Below are positions 28,470 through 36,864 of a DNA stretch of 64,000 nt, in pieces. The stretch covers positions 65,159-129,158 of the forward strand of contig CAJLPI010000004.1 of the NCBI GenBank assembly GCA_905208535.1, read 5' to 3'. The notes under the pieces are model-generated. The model saw only the letters and a program-made list of their open reading frames with translations. It did no database searches and was not told the origin of the DNA. The first letter of the stretch is position 1. Each line of letters begins with the position of its first letter. Made by a program: the position numbers and the translations under genes. The stretch comes from an uncultured Collinsella sp. (GTDB lineage: Bacteria; Actinomycetota; Coriobacteriia; Coriobacteriales; Coriobacteriaceae).

Positions 28470-29467
28470 TGAAGGGAACGCATACCGTTGTCGTAGAGCG
28501 TGCAAAGGTCAAATACACACTCACCTTTAAACGCAACATTTCCTTCATTCGCGGCAACAGCGGCACGGGCAAAACGACGCTTATCTCGATGATTCGCGAC
28601 TACAACGACCGAGGACCGGAAAGCGGCGTTACACTCAGCTGCGACGTGCCCTGCGAAACGCTTTCCGGCAGACGTTGGAAGCGCGAGCTTTCGATTATCG
28701 AGGACTCAATAATCTTTTTAGATGAGGGCAACGAATTTATCTACTCAAAAGACTTCGCAAAAGCCGTTAACGGGTCGTCCAACTATTTTGTTCTGATATC
28801 TCGTCGAGACGCCAGCGAGCTCCCCTACAGTGTCGACGAAATCCTAAAGCTGGTAAACACCACGAGTAAAACAATCAATGGTCGAAAGAGCGATAAACGC
28901 TTCTACTCGGTAACAAAACCGATATACAGCCACACAGCAAACATGCTTTACCAGGACCTAAATGTTGGATTCGAGGCACCCGACGCCGTAGTTGTTGAGG
29001 ATAGCAAATCTGGCTATCAATTCTACGACGCTCTTTGCAACCGACTCGGGATCCCCTGCTATACCGCCACCGGCGTTGCGAATCTAAAACGTACGATTCA
29101 CGAATGTCCCGAGCAAAACATCCTTGCTATTGGAGACGGAGCAGCATTTGGTCCCTACATCGAAAAGGTGCTCGGACAGCGCGTTTACAAGAACGTACGC
29201 TTGTTCCTCCCCGAATCATTCGAGTGGACACTCCTGCAATCTGGCCTCATTCCCAGTAACGATATCTTAAAAATCCTCGAGGATCCCTCAAGCTATATCG
29301 AAAGCCGCGACTACATGAGCTGGGAGCGGTTCTTCACCGACGTATTGATCAAGTACTCGGCAGACACTCGCTACGTCTACAGAAAGGCACGGCTCAACGA
29401 GCAGTACCTAAAGCCGCAGGCGATGGATGCAGTTGCAAGCGTCTTGCCCGAGTGTCTGAAGGCATAA
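28469..29467 (+). CDS. module copy 1, large subunit: minimal P-loop ATPase fused to Toprim/DUF4435-like domain
   Basis: 332 aa. Walker A GNSGTGKT (28553..28576), Walker B IIFLDEG (D85-E86 at 28721..28726), FVLISR. C-half VVVEDSKSGYQFY (E177), IGDGAAFG (D223), LPESFEW. Confidence 0.8.
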   Translation: MKGTHTVVVERAKVKYTLTFKRNISFIRGNSGTGKTTLISMIRDYNDRGPESGVTLSCDVPCETLSGRRWKRELSIIEDSIIFLDEGNEFIYSKDFAKAVNGSSNYFVLISRRDASELPYSVDEILKLVNTTSKTINGRKSDKRFYSVTKPIYSHTANMLYQDLNVGFEAPDAVVVEDSKSGYQFYDALCNRLGIPCYTATGVANLKRTIHECPEQNILAIGDGAAFGPYIEKVLGQRVYKNVRLFLPESFEWTLLQSGLIPSNDILKILEDPSSYIESRDYMSWERFFTDVLIKYSADTRYVYRKARLNEQYLKPQAMDAVASVLPECLKA

Positions 29468-29472
29468 TGGCA

Positions 29473-29509
29473 GTGGGGAGGACCAACTTGGTCCTCCCCA
29501 CTTTTAATT
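29473..29509. terminator. bidirectional terminator between convergent genes
   Basis: gtggggaggacc-aactt-ggtcctccccac perfect 12-bp stem followed by tttt. Confidence 0.6.
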
Positions 29510-30494
29510 ACGCCTTCCTGATCACGTATGCCAGGCTGATATCGCAGGCGCAACGCACGATTGATGCAAAGAGCCACGATGTTGGCAGCGTCATAAGTAG
29601 AGGCATGGTCTGCCAGGGGATAAACCAATCGACCGCGTGGATTGCAAAGATCGCCAGACTGGCTTGTCCGCAAAACACGAGTCCTCGCTCAAAGGACCCC
29701 AAAACCGGCACGTCTTTCAACTTCTCCAACGCCATCGAAACCCAACAGACGCAGTAGCTACCCGCAACAGCAGCAACCGTCGCAACAACAAATCCATCCA
29801 CGCGGCGGCTCGAAAGCTCAAGCCCACTCAGCGCGGCAAGGACGAGCCAAGCAACACCGGCTCCAATAAACAGCAGAGGCTTGCTCACGCTCGGCTCCAG
29901 CCCCCTTTGGCGCGCCGTATAACCAATCCACATCAGCAAGACGATATAGCAGCTCAAATCCAAATCGAGCGGCAGGTAAGCACCAAAATAGCGAGACACG
30001 CTCAAACCGCAAAAGGCAATCGCGGCACAGACAACGCCCTGCCAAACAACCCCAATCCTGCGGCGATCAAACAGCCGCACGAGCGCATTAAACAGCAGGC
30101 GCGACGTAAACAGCGCCGCCAAAAACCATGCCATGCCAACGGCGGTAACGCCAAACCCAGGCACATCAACGCCCGAGGCAAACACAAGCGTCTTAAGCCC
30201 CGCAACCAGCGTACCGCTTGTCAAAGGAGCGCCGCTCATTAAGAACGTCGGCACCTGCCACGCCAGTGCAAGAACCACATACGGCACCAGCAGGCGCGAC
30301 ACCGAACCACTCAGCAGCTCGCGCCACGGCTTCGGCCTAAACGTATACCCGGCAAGAATAAAGAACACCGGCATGTGAAACGAGAAGATCGTGTGCCGCA
30401 AGGGAGAGGGATTTGGAACGGTGTGCCCCACAATGACCAGAATAATTGCGATCCCCTTTGCAATATCAATCCAGTCGAGCCTTTTGCTTCCCAT
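29508..30494 (-). CDS. membrane acyltransferase (acyltransferase_3 family)
   Basis: Start taken at MGSKRLDWIDIAKGIAIILVIVGH (RBS gaaggg). Typical family N-terminus and about 10 TM segments. Confidence 0.8.
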   Translation of the reverse strand: MGSKRLDWIDIAKGIAIILVIVGHTVPNPSPLRHTIFSFHMPVFFILAGYTFRPKPWRELLSGSVSRLLVPYVVLALAWQVPTFLMSGAPLTSGTLVAGLKTLVFASGVDVPGFGVTAVGMAWFLAALFTSRLLFNALVRLFDRRRIGVVWQGVVCAAIAFCGLSVSRYFGAYLPLDLDLSCYIVLLMWIGYTARQRGLEPSVSKPLLFIGAGVAWLVLAALSGLELSSRRVDGFVVATVAAVAGSYCVCWVSMALEKLKDVPVLGSFERGLVFCGQASLAIFAIHAVDWFIPWQTMPLLMTLPTSWLFASIVRCACDISLAYVIRKA

Positions 30495-30525
30495 TGCGAA
30501 CCCTTCAAAACCGCAGCACACAAGA

Positions 30526-30560
30526 TGAAAAAAGCCCAGACCACCTAGCGGTCCGGGCTT
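30526..30560 (-). terminator. intrinsic terminator downstream of tRNA-Arg(UCU)
   Basis: aagcccagacc/ggtccgggctt stem (one mismatch) followed by U6 on the minus strand. Confidence 0.45.
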
Positions 30561-30569
30561 AATAAACGA

Positions 30570-30646
30570 TGGTGCTCCATGGCGGATTCGAACCGTCGAC
30601 CTTGGGATTAGAAGTCCCCTGCTCTATCCAACTGAGCTAATGGAGC
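30570..30646 (-). tRNA. tRNA-Arg (anticodon UCU), CCA encoded
   Basis: Hand-folded: GCTCCAT acceptor, GCTC-AGTTGGATA-GAGC D-arm, anticodon loop CTTCTAA, T-arm GACGG-TTCGAAT-CCGCC. Confidence 0.85.
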
Positions 30647-30700
30647 AAATAACCGCACGCCCAAGCAAGCGCAAGCCTGTCAGGCGCAAGTAATTATAAC

Positions 30701-31471
30701 CTAGTTGAACTGCTCGCGATACGCCTTGCAGACCTCATCGACCGGGCCGTCCATGCGAAGGTCACCCTTCTCGATCCAAACGGCACGCTGGCAGATGCGC
30801 TCAACCTGCTCCATGGAGTGCGAAACGAACAGAACCGTCACGTCACCGCTCTGGATAAAGTGCTGGATGCGGGCCTCGCACTTCTGCTGGAAGAACACAT
30901 CACCGACGGACAGCGTCTCGTCAACGATCAGAATATCGGGCTCGGTAATCGTCGCGATTGCAAAGGCGATACGCGCCACCATGCCCGAGGAGAAGTTCTT
31001 AAGCGGCATATCGACAAAGTTCTGCAGCTCAGCGAACTCGATAATGCCGTCAAAGTTGGCGTCGATGAACTCCTTGGTATAGCCGAGCAGGGCGCCGTTC
31101 AGATAGATGTTCTCGCGGGCCGTCAGCTCAGGATCAAAGCCGGCGCCGAGCTCAATCAGCGGTGCGATGTTGCCATGGACCTTAACGCTGCCCTCGCTAG
31201 GCTCAAGCACGCCAGCGATAATCTTGAGCATAGTAGACTTACCGGAACCATTGGTGCCGACCAGACCCACGACCTCGCCGCGATGAATATCGAACGAGAT
31301 GTGCTTAAGTGCCCTAAACTCCTCAAAGAACAGCTCGTGCTTGGCAAGCTTAATGAAGTACTCCTTGAGGTTGGTCAGCGACTCGGACGCCATGTTAAAG
31401 ATCATGGTGACGTCGTCGACCTCGACAGCCAGAGGCTGCTCGCTGTAATCAACAACAGATTCAGTCATCAC
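30701..31471 (-). CDS. polysaccharide/teichoic-acid ABC exporter, ATP-binding subunit (TagH/Wzt-like)
   Basis: 256 aa. Walker A GTNGSGKST, signature FSSGM, Walker B ILIVDE. Follows an ABC-2 permease. Confidence 0.9.
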   Translation of the reverse strand: MMTESVVDYSEQPLAVEVDDVTMIFNMASESLTNLKEYFIKLAKHELFFEEFRALKHISFDIHRGEVVGLVGTNGSGKSTMLKIIAGVLEPSEGSVKVHGNIAPLIELGAGFDPELTARENIYLNGALLGYTKEFIDANFDGIIEFAELQNFVDMPLKNFSSGMVARIAFAIATITEPDILIVDETLSVGDVFFQQKCEARIQHFIQSGDVTVLFVSHSMEQVERICQRAVWIEKGDLRMDGPVDEVCKAYREQFN

Positions 31472-31479
31472 AGCACTCC

Positions 31480-32325
31480 TTAGATGTAGAGGATGAACTT
31501 GCGCTCGGACTTATGGAACACGGTGTAGCCAATAACAAGCGCAAGGACCGCCCAAGCGACGCACATACCAAACGTCAAAAGCGAGGGCGTGGTCTGGAAC
31601 AGGAAGATATCACGCATAAACTGCAGGTAGTTATACATGGGGTTCGCATACATCAAGATACGCACGAGATGCGGCATTTGCGCAATATAGTCAGTCGTCC
31701 AGAAGATGGGCGTAATGTAAGTCCACGCCGTAATGACGACGCTCCATAGATGCATAACGTCGCGGAAAAAGACCGTAAGAGCAGAGAGCATCATGCCCAG
31801 GCCCATGCAGAAGCACATAAGCAGCAGCAGGCAAACCGGCAGCAGAATGAGGTGCCAAGAAGGCATAACACGGAACCACAGCATGACGATGGCGACGGCG
31901 ACCAGCGAGAAGGCAAAGTTGACCAGCGAGAAGAGCACCTTCTGCACCGGGAAGACCCAGCGGTGCACCTTAACCTTCTTGAGCAGAGGGGCAGCGCCCA
32001 CGATAGACGTCAGGGCCTGGTTCGTAGACTCGGACATGACGGCAAAGGTAATGTTACCCACGATCAAGTACAGCGGGTACATCTCGGGCGTCATTGAGCC
32101 ATTGCGGCCCTGGCCAAAAATCGTCGAGAACACGATGGCCATGACGATCATCATCAGCAACGGATTGAGCACCGACCATGCGACACCCAGAACGCTACGG
32201 CGATACTTGATCTTAAAATCCTTGGTAACCAGCTGACGAAGGATAAACGCATCCTTCTCAAATTCGTTCTTAGCAAACGTCGCAGGCAGACTGCGAGTTT
32301 CTTGTTGCTTTGTCTGATCCGACAC
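31480..32325 (-). CDS. ABC-2 type polysaccharide exporter permease (TagG/Wzm-like)
   Basis: I place the start at the GTG (VSDQTKQQ) 9 nt after aaaggag. Six TM segments and the family N-terminal motif FKIKYRRSVLGVAWSVLNP. Confidence 0.85.
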   Translation of the reverse strand: MSDQTKQQETRSLPATFAKNEFEKDAFILRQLVTKDFKIKYRRSVLGVAWSVLNPLLMMIVMAIVFSTIFGQGRNGSMTPEMYPLYLIVGNITFAVMSESTNQALTSIVGAAPLLKKVKVHRWVFPVQKVLFSLVNFAFSLVAVAIVMLWFRVMPSWHLILLPVCLLLLMCFCMGLGMMLSALTVFFRDVMHLWSVVITAWTYITPIFWTTDYIAQMPHLVRILMYANPMYNYLQFMRDIFLFQTTPSLLTFGMCVAWAVLALVIGYTVFHKSERKFILYI

Positions 32326-32485
32326 GGATGCAACTCCTTTACTCGTAATCGTTGACAAACGAACAGTATAGACCCGACGGCCATGCAAACGATTCGCGCA
32401 ACAAAACTGGAGAACTAACCCACATCTTAGGATGCCAAGCCCAAACGGCTATACTTTCAAGGATTGAAAGTATAAGGAGCATTGA

Positions 32486-33457
32486 GTGAATTCTGAATCC
32501 ATCGCCGTCATCATCCCTTGCTACAACGAAGCCCTCACGATCGGCAAAGTCATCGACGACTTTCACCGCGAGCTTCCGCAAGCGACGGTCTATGTCTATG
32601 ACAACAACTCGTCGGACGATACTTCACGCATCGCCACCGAGCACGGCGCCACGGTCCGCTTTGAGCCCCGTCAGGGAAAGGGCAACGTGTGCCGCCAGAT
32701 GTTTCGCGATATCGACGCCGATTGCTACCTGATGGTCGACGGCGACGACACCTATCCCGCCGAGGCTGCCAAAGCCCTCTGCGAGCCCATCCTTAACGGC
32801 ACGGCCGACATGACCGTAGGCGACCGCCTTTCCAACGGCACCTACGCCGAGGAGAACAAGCGTGCCTTCCACGGCTTTGGCAACAATCTGGTCCGCGCCA
32901 TGATCAAGTGGATCTATGGCTACAGCTTCGATGACGTCATGACCGGCTACCGCGCCATGAGCCGCCCGTTCGTCAAAACCTTCCCCGTGCTTTCCGAGGG
33001 CTTCCAGATCGAAACCGAGCTCTCGATCCACGCCGTCGACCACCGCTGGCGCATCAAAGATGTGCCCATCGAGTACCGCGACCGTCCGGAAGGCTCCGAG
33101 TCCAAGCTCAATACCGTGAGCGACGGCATTAAAGTCGTCGCGATGATCGGCACGCTGTTCAAGGACTACCGCCCGCTGAAGTTCTTCAGCCTCGTAGCGC
33201 TTCTGTTTGCGGTGATCGGCCTCGCCCTGAGCATGCCCATCGTTGTCGAGTATTTCCACACCGGCCTCGTTCCGCGCTTCCCCACCGCCATGCTCGCCGC
33301 GTCGTTTATGTTCCTGTGCGGTCTGAGCCTTGCAACCGGATTCGTCCTCGATTCCGTGGCAAAGGTCGAAAAAAAGCAGTGGGAGGTCAACGTGTACAGC
33401 AAATACGCCTACGACGACCAGCTCGGCCACCCCACTTCCAAGCCAAGCGAGAGGTAA
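32486..33457 (+). CDS. GT2 polyprenyl-phosphate glycosyltransferase (GtrB/DPM-synthase-like, C-terminal TMs)
   Basis: 323 aa. AVIIPCYNE and DGDDTYP (DxD), with two C-terminal TM helices. Confidence 0.85.
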   Translation: MNSESIAVIIPCYNEALTIGKVIDDFHRELPQATVYVYDNNSSDDTSRIATEHGATVRFEPRQGKGNVCRQMFRDIDADCYLMVDGDDTYPAEAAKALCEPILNGTADMTVGDRLSNGTYAEENKRAFHGFGNNLVRAMIKWIYGYSFDDVMTGYRAMSRPFVKTFPVLSEGFQIETELSIHAVDHRWRIKDVPIEYRDRPEGSESKLNTVSDGIKVVAMIGTLFKDYRPLKFFSLVALLFAVIGLALSMPIVVEYFHTGLVPRFPTAMLAASFMFLCGLSLATGFVLDSVAKVEKKQWEVNVYSKYAYDDQLGHPTSKPSER

Positions 33458-33463
33458 ACCACT

Positions 33464-34432
33464 ATGCCGCTCGTCTCCATCGTCGTGCCGTGCTACAACG
33501 AGCAGGAATCACTTCCGATCTTTCTCAAAGAGCTCGATGGCGTCGTTCGCATCATGACCCAGCAAGACCCCGGCATCTCCTTTGAGACAGTCCTCATCGA
33601 CGATGGCTCGGCAGACAAAACGCTCGCCGTCATGAAAGCAGAAGCCGCGGCGGCGCATCCATACGCCATCCGCTGGCACTCTTTCTCGCGCAACTTTGGC
33701 AAGGAGGCGGCACTACTCGCCGGACTCCAGCACGCAAAGGGCGACCATGTCGCCACCATGGATGCCGACATGCAGGACCCGCCCTCGCTCCTGCCGCAGA
33801 TGTACGAGATCTTACAAACCGAAGACTACGACAACGTCGCCACACGCAGGACCACCCGCAAAGGCGAGCCTCCCATCAGGTCGTTCTGTGCCCGTATGTT
33901 CTACAAGATCATTAACCGCATTTCCAAGGCCGACATCGTCGACGGAGCACGCGATTTTAGGCTCATGAAGCGACCTATGGTCAACGCCATCATCTCCATG
34001 GGCGAATATAACCGATTCTCCAAGGGCATTTACGGCTGGGTCGGCTTCAAGACCAAATGGCTCCCCTACGTAAACGTCAACCGCGTGGCCGGCGAGACCA
34101 AATGGAGCTTTTGGTCGCTGCTCCTCTATTCCATCGACGGCATCGTCGCGTTTTCCACGGCGCCGCTCTCCCTCGCCGCCCTCACGGGTATCGTTTTCTG
34201 TCTCATTGCCATCCTGGGATTCATCGTCATCCTGGTCAAGACGCTTGTTTGGGGTGACCCCGTCGGCGGATGGCCGTCCCTCGCCTGCCTCATAACGCTG
34301 TTTGGCGGCATGCAGCTTCTGTGCTTAGGAATCATCGGTGAATACTTGGCAAAAGCCTACTTGGAAACCAAACGACGTCCCATCTATATCATTCGAGAAT
34401 CCAACGAGGAATCTGATGACACGACCCAATAA
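33464..34432 (+). CDS. GT2 polyprenyl-phosphate glycosyltransferase (CsbB/GtrB-like)
   Basis: 322 aa. VSIVVPCYNE, DADMQDPP, RDFRLM, with two C-terminal TMs. Confidence 0.85.
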   Translation: MPLVSIVVPCYNEQESLPIFLKELDGVVRIMTQQDPGISFETVLIDDGSADKTLAVMKAEAAAAHPYAIRWHSFSRNFGKEAALLAGLQHAKGDHVATMDADMQDPPSLLPQMYEILQTEDYDNVATRRTTRKGEPPIRSFCARMFYKIINRISKADIVDGARDFRLMKRPMVNAIISMGEYNRFSKGIYGWVGFKTKWLPYVNVNRVAGETKWSFWSLLLYSIDGIVAFSTAPLSLAALTGIVFCLIAILGFIVILVKTLVWGDPVGGWPSLACLITLFGGMQLLCLGIIGEYLAKAYLETKRRPIYIIRESNEESDDTTQ

Positions 34433-36827
34433 CAGCACACTCAAGAATGTGGCGCTCTACGCCGCCTGCTTCGCGTTTTCCGTCGCACTTTTTATCGCAC
34501 TTGCAGCGGCGGGGCATGTCTACCCCTTTGGCGACAACTCGTTTCTCACCAACGATCTCAAATACCAATACATCGACTTCTTTGCGTGGTTTCGCCGCGT
34601 CCTTTTAGGCGAGACAAACCTTCGTTATTCCTTCTCGCAGGGACTCGGCATGAACACATGGGGGCTCTATAGCTACTACCTCGCCAGCCCCTTCAACCTG
34701 CTCTGTGTGCTGTTTCCCGCAGACAAGCTGACGCTCTTCGTATTTGCCATAACCGCGCTCAAACTGGGCTGCATCCACATCAGCAGCGCTTGGTATGTGC
34801 AAAAGCGCTTTAACCTGTCCAAGCCCGCAGCATTCCTGCTTTCCCTCTCATTTACGTTTTGCAGTTGGACCATAAGTAATTTGTGTAATCCGCTCTGGAT
34901 TGATTGCCTTATCCTGCTACCCATCTGCGCCTTCGGATGCTACGAGCTCATTCGCAAACAAAAAATGATACGCCTCGTTATTGCGATTGCTCTCAATGTC
35001 ATGTTCTGTTGGTATACGGCCTATATCAGCATCCTGTTCCTCAGCATCTTCGTACTGGTTGAGTTTGTCGATTACGTCGCTGCAGAAGGATATAGCTGGA
35101 TGCTCACGCTCGACCGAGTCCTACGATTTGCAGGGGCTATGCTGCTTGGGTTGCTCCTGTCCGCCTGGACCTTTTTGCCGACCATCCTTGCCATGGCAAA
35201 AGGCGGCCCCGTGCTGGCACTTGGACCTTTGCTTAAAACAGGCCTCAAATCGCTCATCAGGGGCTTCATCCCCGGCATGTGGGTGAATAACGGGAATACG
35301 CCGCAGTTCTATTGCGGCGTCATCATGATGTTACTTGCAATAAGCCTACTGTTTAACCGCAAGGTTTCGACCAGGATACGCATCGCAACGTTCGTCGTCA
35401 CAGCCGTCCTGATCGCTAGCTCCGTTTTGAGCCCGCTCGAGTACATCTGGTGCGGCATGCGCGTTCCCAACGGGTTCTATTCGCGCACAGCCTTTTTGCT
35501 GGGCTTCTTTACGATGTGGGCCGCAGGCTATTCGTTGCAGGTGTTCGAGGGCCAGCCCAAATTTCGTCATGCCTATCGACCCGCCGTCGTATTACCAATC
35601 CTGACAATCACCGCAATTGATTTGTTTATCAACGCCCATGTGATGTGGAACCAACTGTACGCAGGCTATTCCGAAGATGCCAACTGCACCTATGTGACTA
35701 CCGCAACCAACACGATCACAACCATTCAAGCCCAGGATCCTGCGTCATTCTACCGTATCGATCGAACGACCACGCGCGCCGATAGCGCTGCCCTCAACGA
35801 GGGCTTAGCGCTTGGGTACAACCAGCTGTCGTCCTACTCATCCGCAAATAACCCGCAGGCCATCGCACTGCTCAACTCCCTTGGATACAGCAGCATTGGC
35901 GAATTCTCAACCCGTTATGCGGAGCCCATTCTCGCCGTCGATGCCCTACTGGGAGTCAAGTATGCCATTCCCGAGAACGCGCCTGCGGGATACGTTTCGG
36001 CCAAGACGAATCAGGCCGACTCTACAAGCGCGGTGTACGAGAACCCCTATGCGCTCAGCATTGGCGTCGCAGCCTCAAGCGATATCCAAAACAGCACGCT
36101 GAAGAGCGAGAACCCCTTCGAAAAGCAGAACGACCTCTACAGCAAAATCCTAGGCCGCGAGGTCGAGCTCTATACCAAGATCGAGGCCACGAGCACGGAG
36201 AATAGCGATAGCTTAAAGCAATGGAGCGTTACTCTTCCGGCAAGCTCCATCGGGTATCTCTACATCAACAAAGATACGACTGCCGGCAGTTATTGGCCCG
36301 TCACCCTTACCATCGACCAGCGAACGATCGAAAACGAGGCCTGGAGATTCGACAATAATATCCGCCAGATTGCGGATGCATCGGACGCCCCGAGCCAGCA
36401 TACGGTGTCAATCGGAGTCGCAGAGGGCTATACAGACATGCCCCAAGACAATGAGCCGGTCTTTTACGCCCTCAATCTGGACGTTTTCGAGCAGATTATT
36501 AACTCGCTTAAGACGAGCGAATTTGTTCCGACGGTTTTTGAGGACGGAAGGATCGAAGGCGAGTATACCGCCAAGGATGACGGCAACCTGCTGCTGAGCG
36601 TTCCGTACGATGAGGGCTGGAACGTAACGGTAAACGGAACCGCCGCAGAACTAACGCCCGCCGCCGATAAGGGTTTGTCGTCCCTGAACATACAGAAAGG
36701 CGCGAATAGGGTCGTGATGACCTACAAGACTCCGGGTGCCCTTGCGGGACTTGCAGTGAGTCTGGCGACCGCAGCCGCCCTTATTGCAGCGGGACTATAC
36801 GCCAGGCATAAGAAAAGCCGCCGTTAA
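34416..36827 (+). CDS. YfhO-family GT-C membrane glycosyltransferase
   Basis: I place the start at MTRPNNSTLKN, overlapping the preceding stop. About 13 TM segments plus a large C-terminal extracytoplasmic domain and a final TM. The CsbB-YfhO pairing is classical. Confidence 0.8.
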   Translation: MTRPNNSTLKNVALYAACFAFSVALFIALAAAGHVYPFGDNSFLTNDLKYQYIDFFAWFRRVLLGETNLRYSFSQGLGMNTWGLYSYYLASPFNLLCVLFPADKLTLFVFAITALKLGCIHISSAWYVQKRFNLSKPAAFLLSLSFTFCSWTISNLCNPLWIDCLILLPICAFGCYELIRKQKMIRLVIAIALNVMFCWYTAYISILFLSIFVLVEFVDYVAAEGYSWMLTLDRVLRFAGAMLLGLLLSAWTFLPTILAMAKGGPVLALGPLLKTGLKSLIRGFIPGMWVNNGNTPQFYCGVIMMLLAISLLFNRKVSTRIRIATFVVTAVLIASSVLSPLEYIWCGMRVPNGFYSRTAFLLGFFTMWAAGYSLQVFEGQPKFRHAYRPAVVLPILTITAIDLFINAHVMWNQLYAGYSEDANCTYVTTATNTITTIQAQDPASFYRIDRTTTRADSAALNEGLALGYNQLSSYSSANNPQAIALLNSLGYSSIGEFSTRYAEPILAVDALLGVKYAIPENAPAGYVSAKTNQADSTSAVYENPYALSIGVAASSDIQNSTLKSENPFEKQNDLYSKILGREVELYTKIEATSTENSDSLKQWSVTLPASSIGYLYINKDTTAGSYWPVTLTIDQRTIENEAWRFDNNIRQIADASDAPSQHTVSIGVAEGYTDMPQDNEPVFYALNLDVFEQIINSLKTSEFVPTVFEDGRIEGEYTAKDDGNLLLSVPYDEGWNVTVNGTAAELTPAADKGLSSLNIQKGANRVVMTYKTPGALAGLAVSLATAAALIAAGLYARHKKSRR

Positions 36828-36843
36828 CAAGCGGCGGCTTTTT
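36813..36843. terminator. bidirectional terminator between yfhO-like and rfbCD
   Basis: aaaagccgccg / cggcggctttt stem. The yfhO-like stop codon lies in the loop, and T/A runs flank both sides. Confidence 0.6.
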
Positions 36844-36864
36844 CTCTCGAAAAGTTAATAGCGG

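Noticed and set aside
28020-29467. The repeated two-gene module as an insertion sequence or transposon.
   Set aside because: Neither protein has DDE, serine or tyrosine recombinase or HUH motifs. I found no terminal inverted repeats or target duplications around any copy. The copies are diverged paralogues rather than near-identical IS copies.
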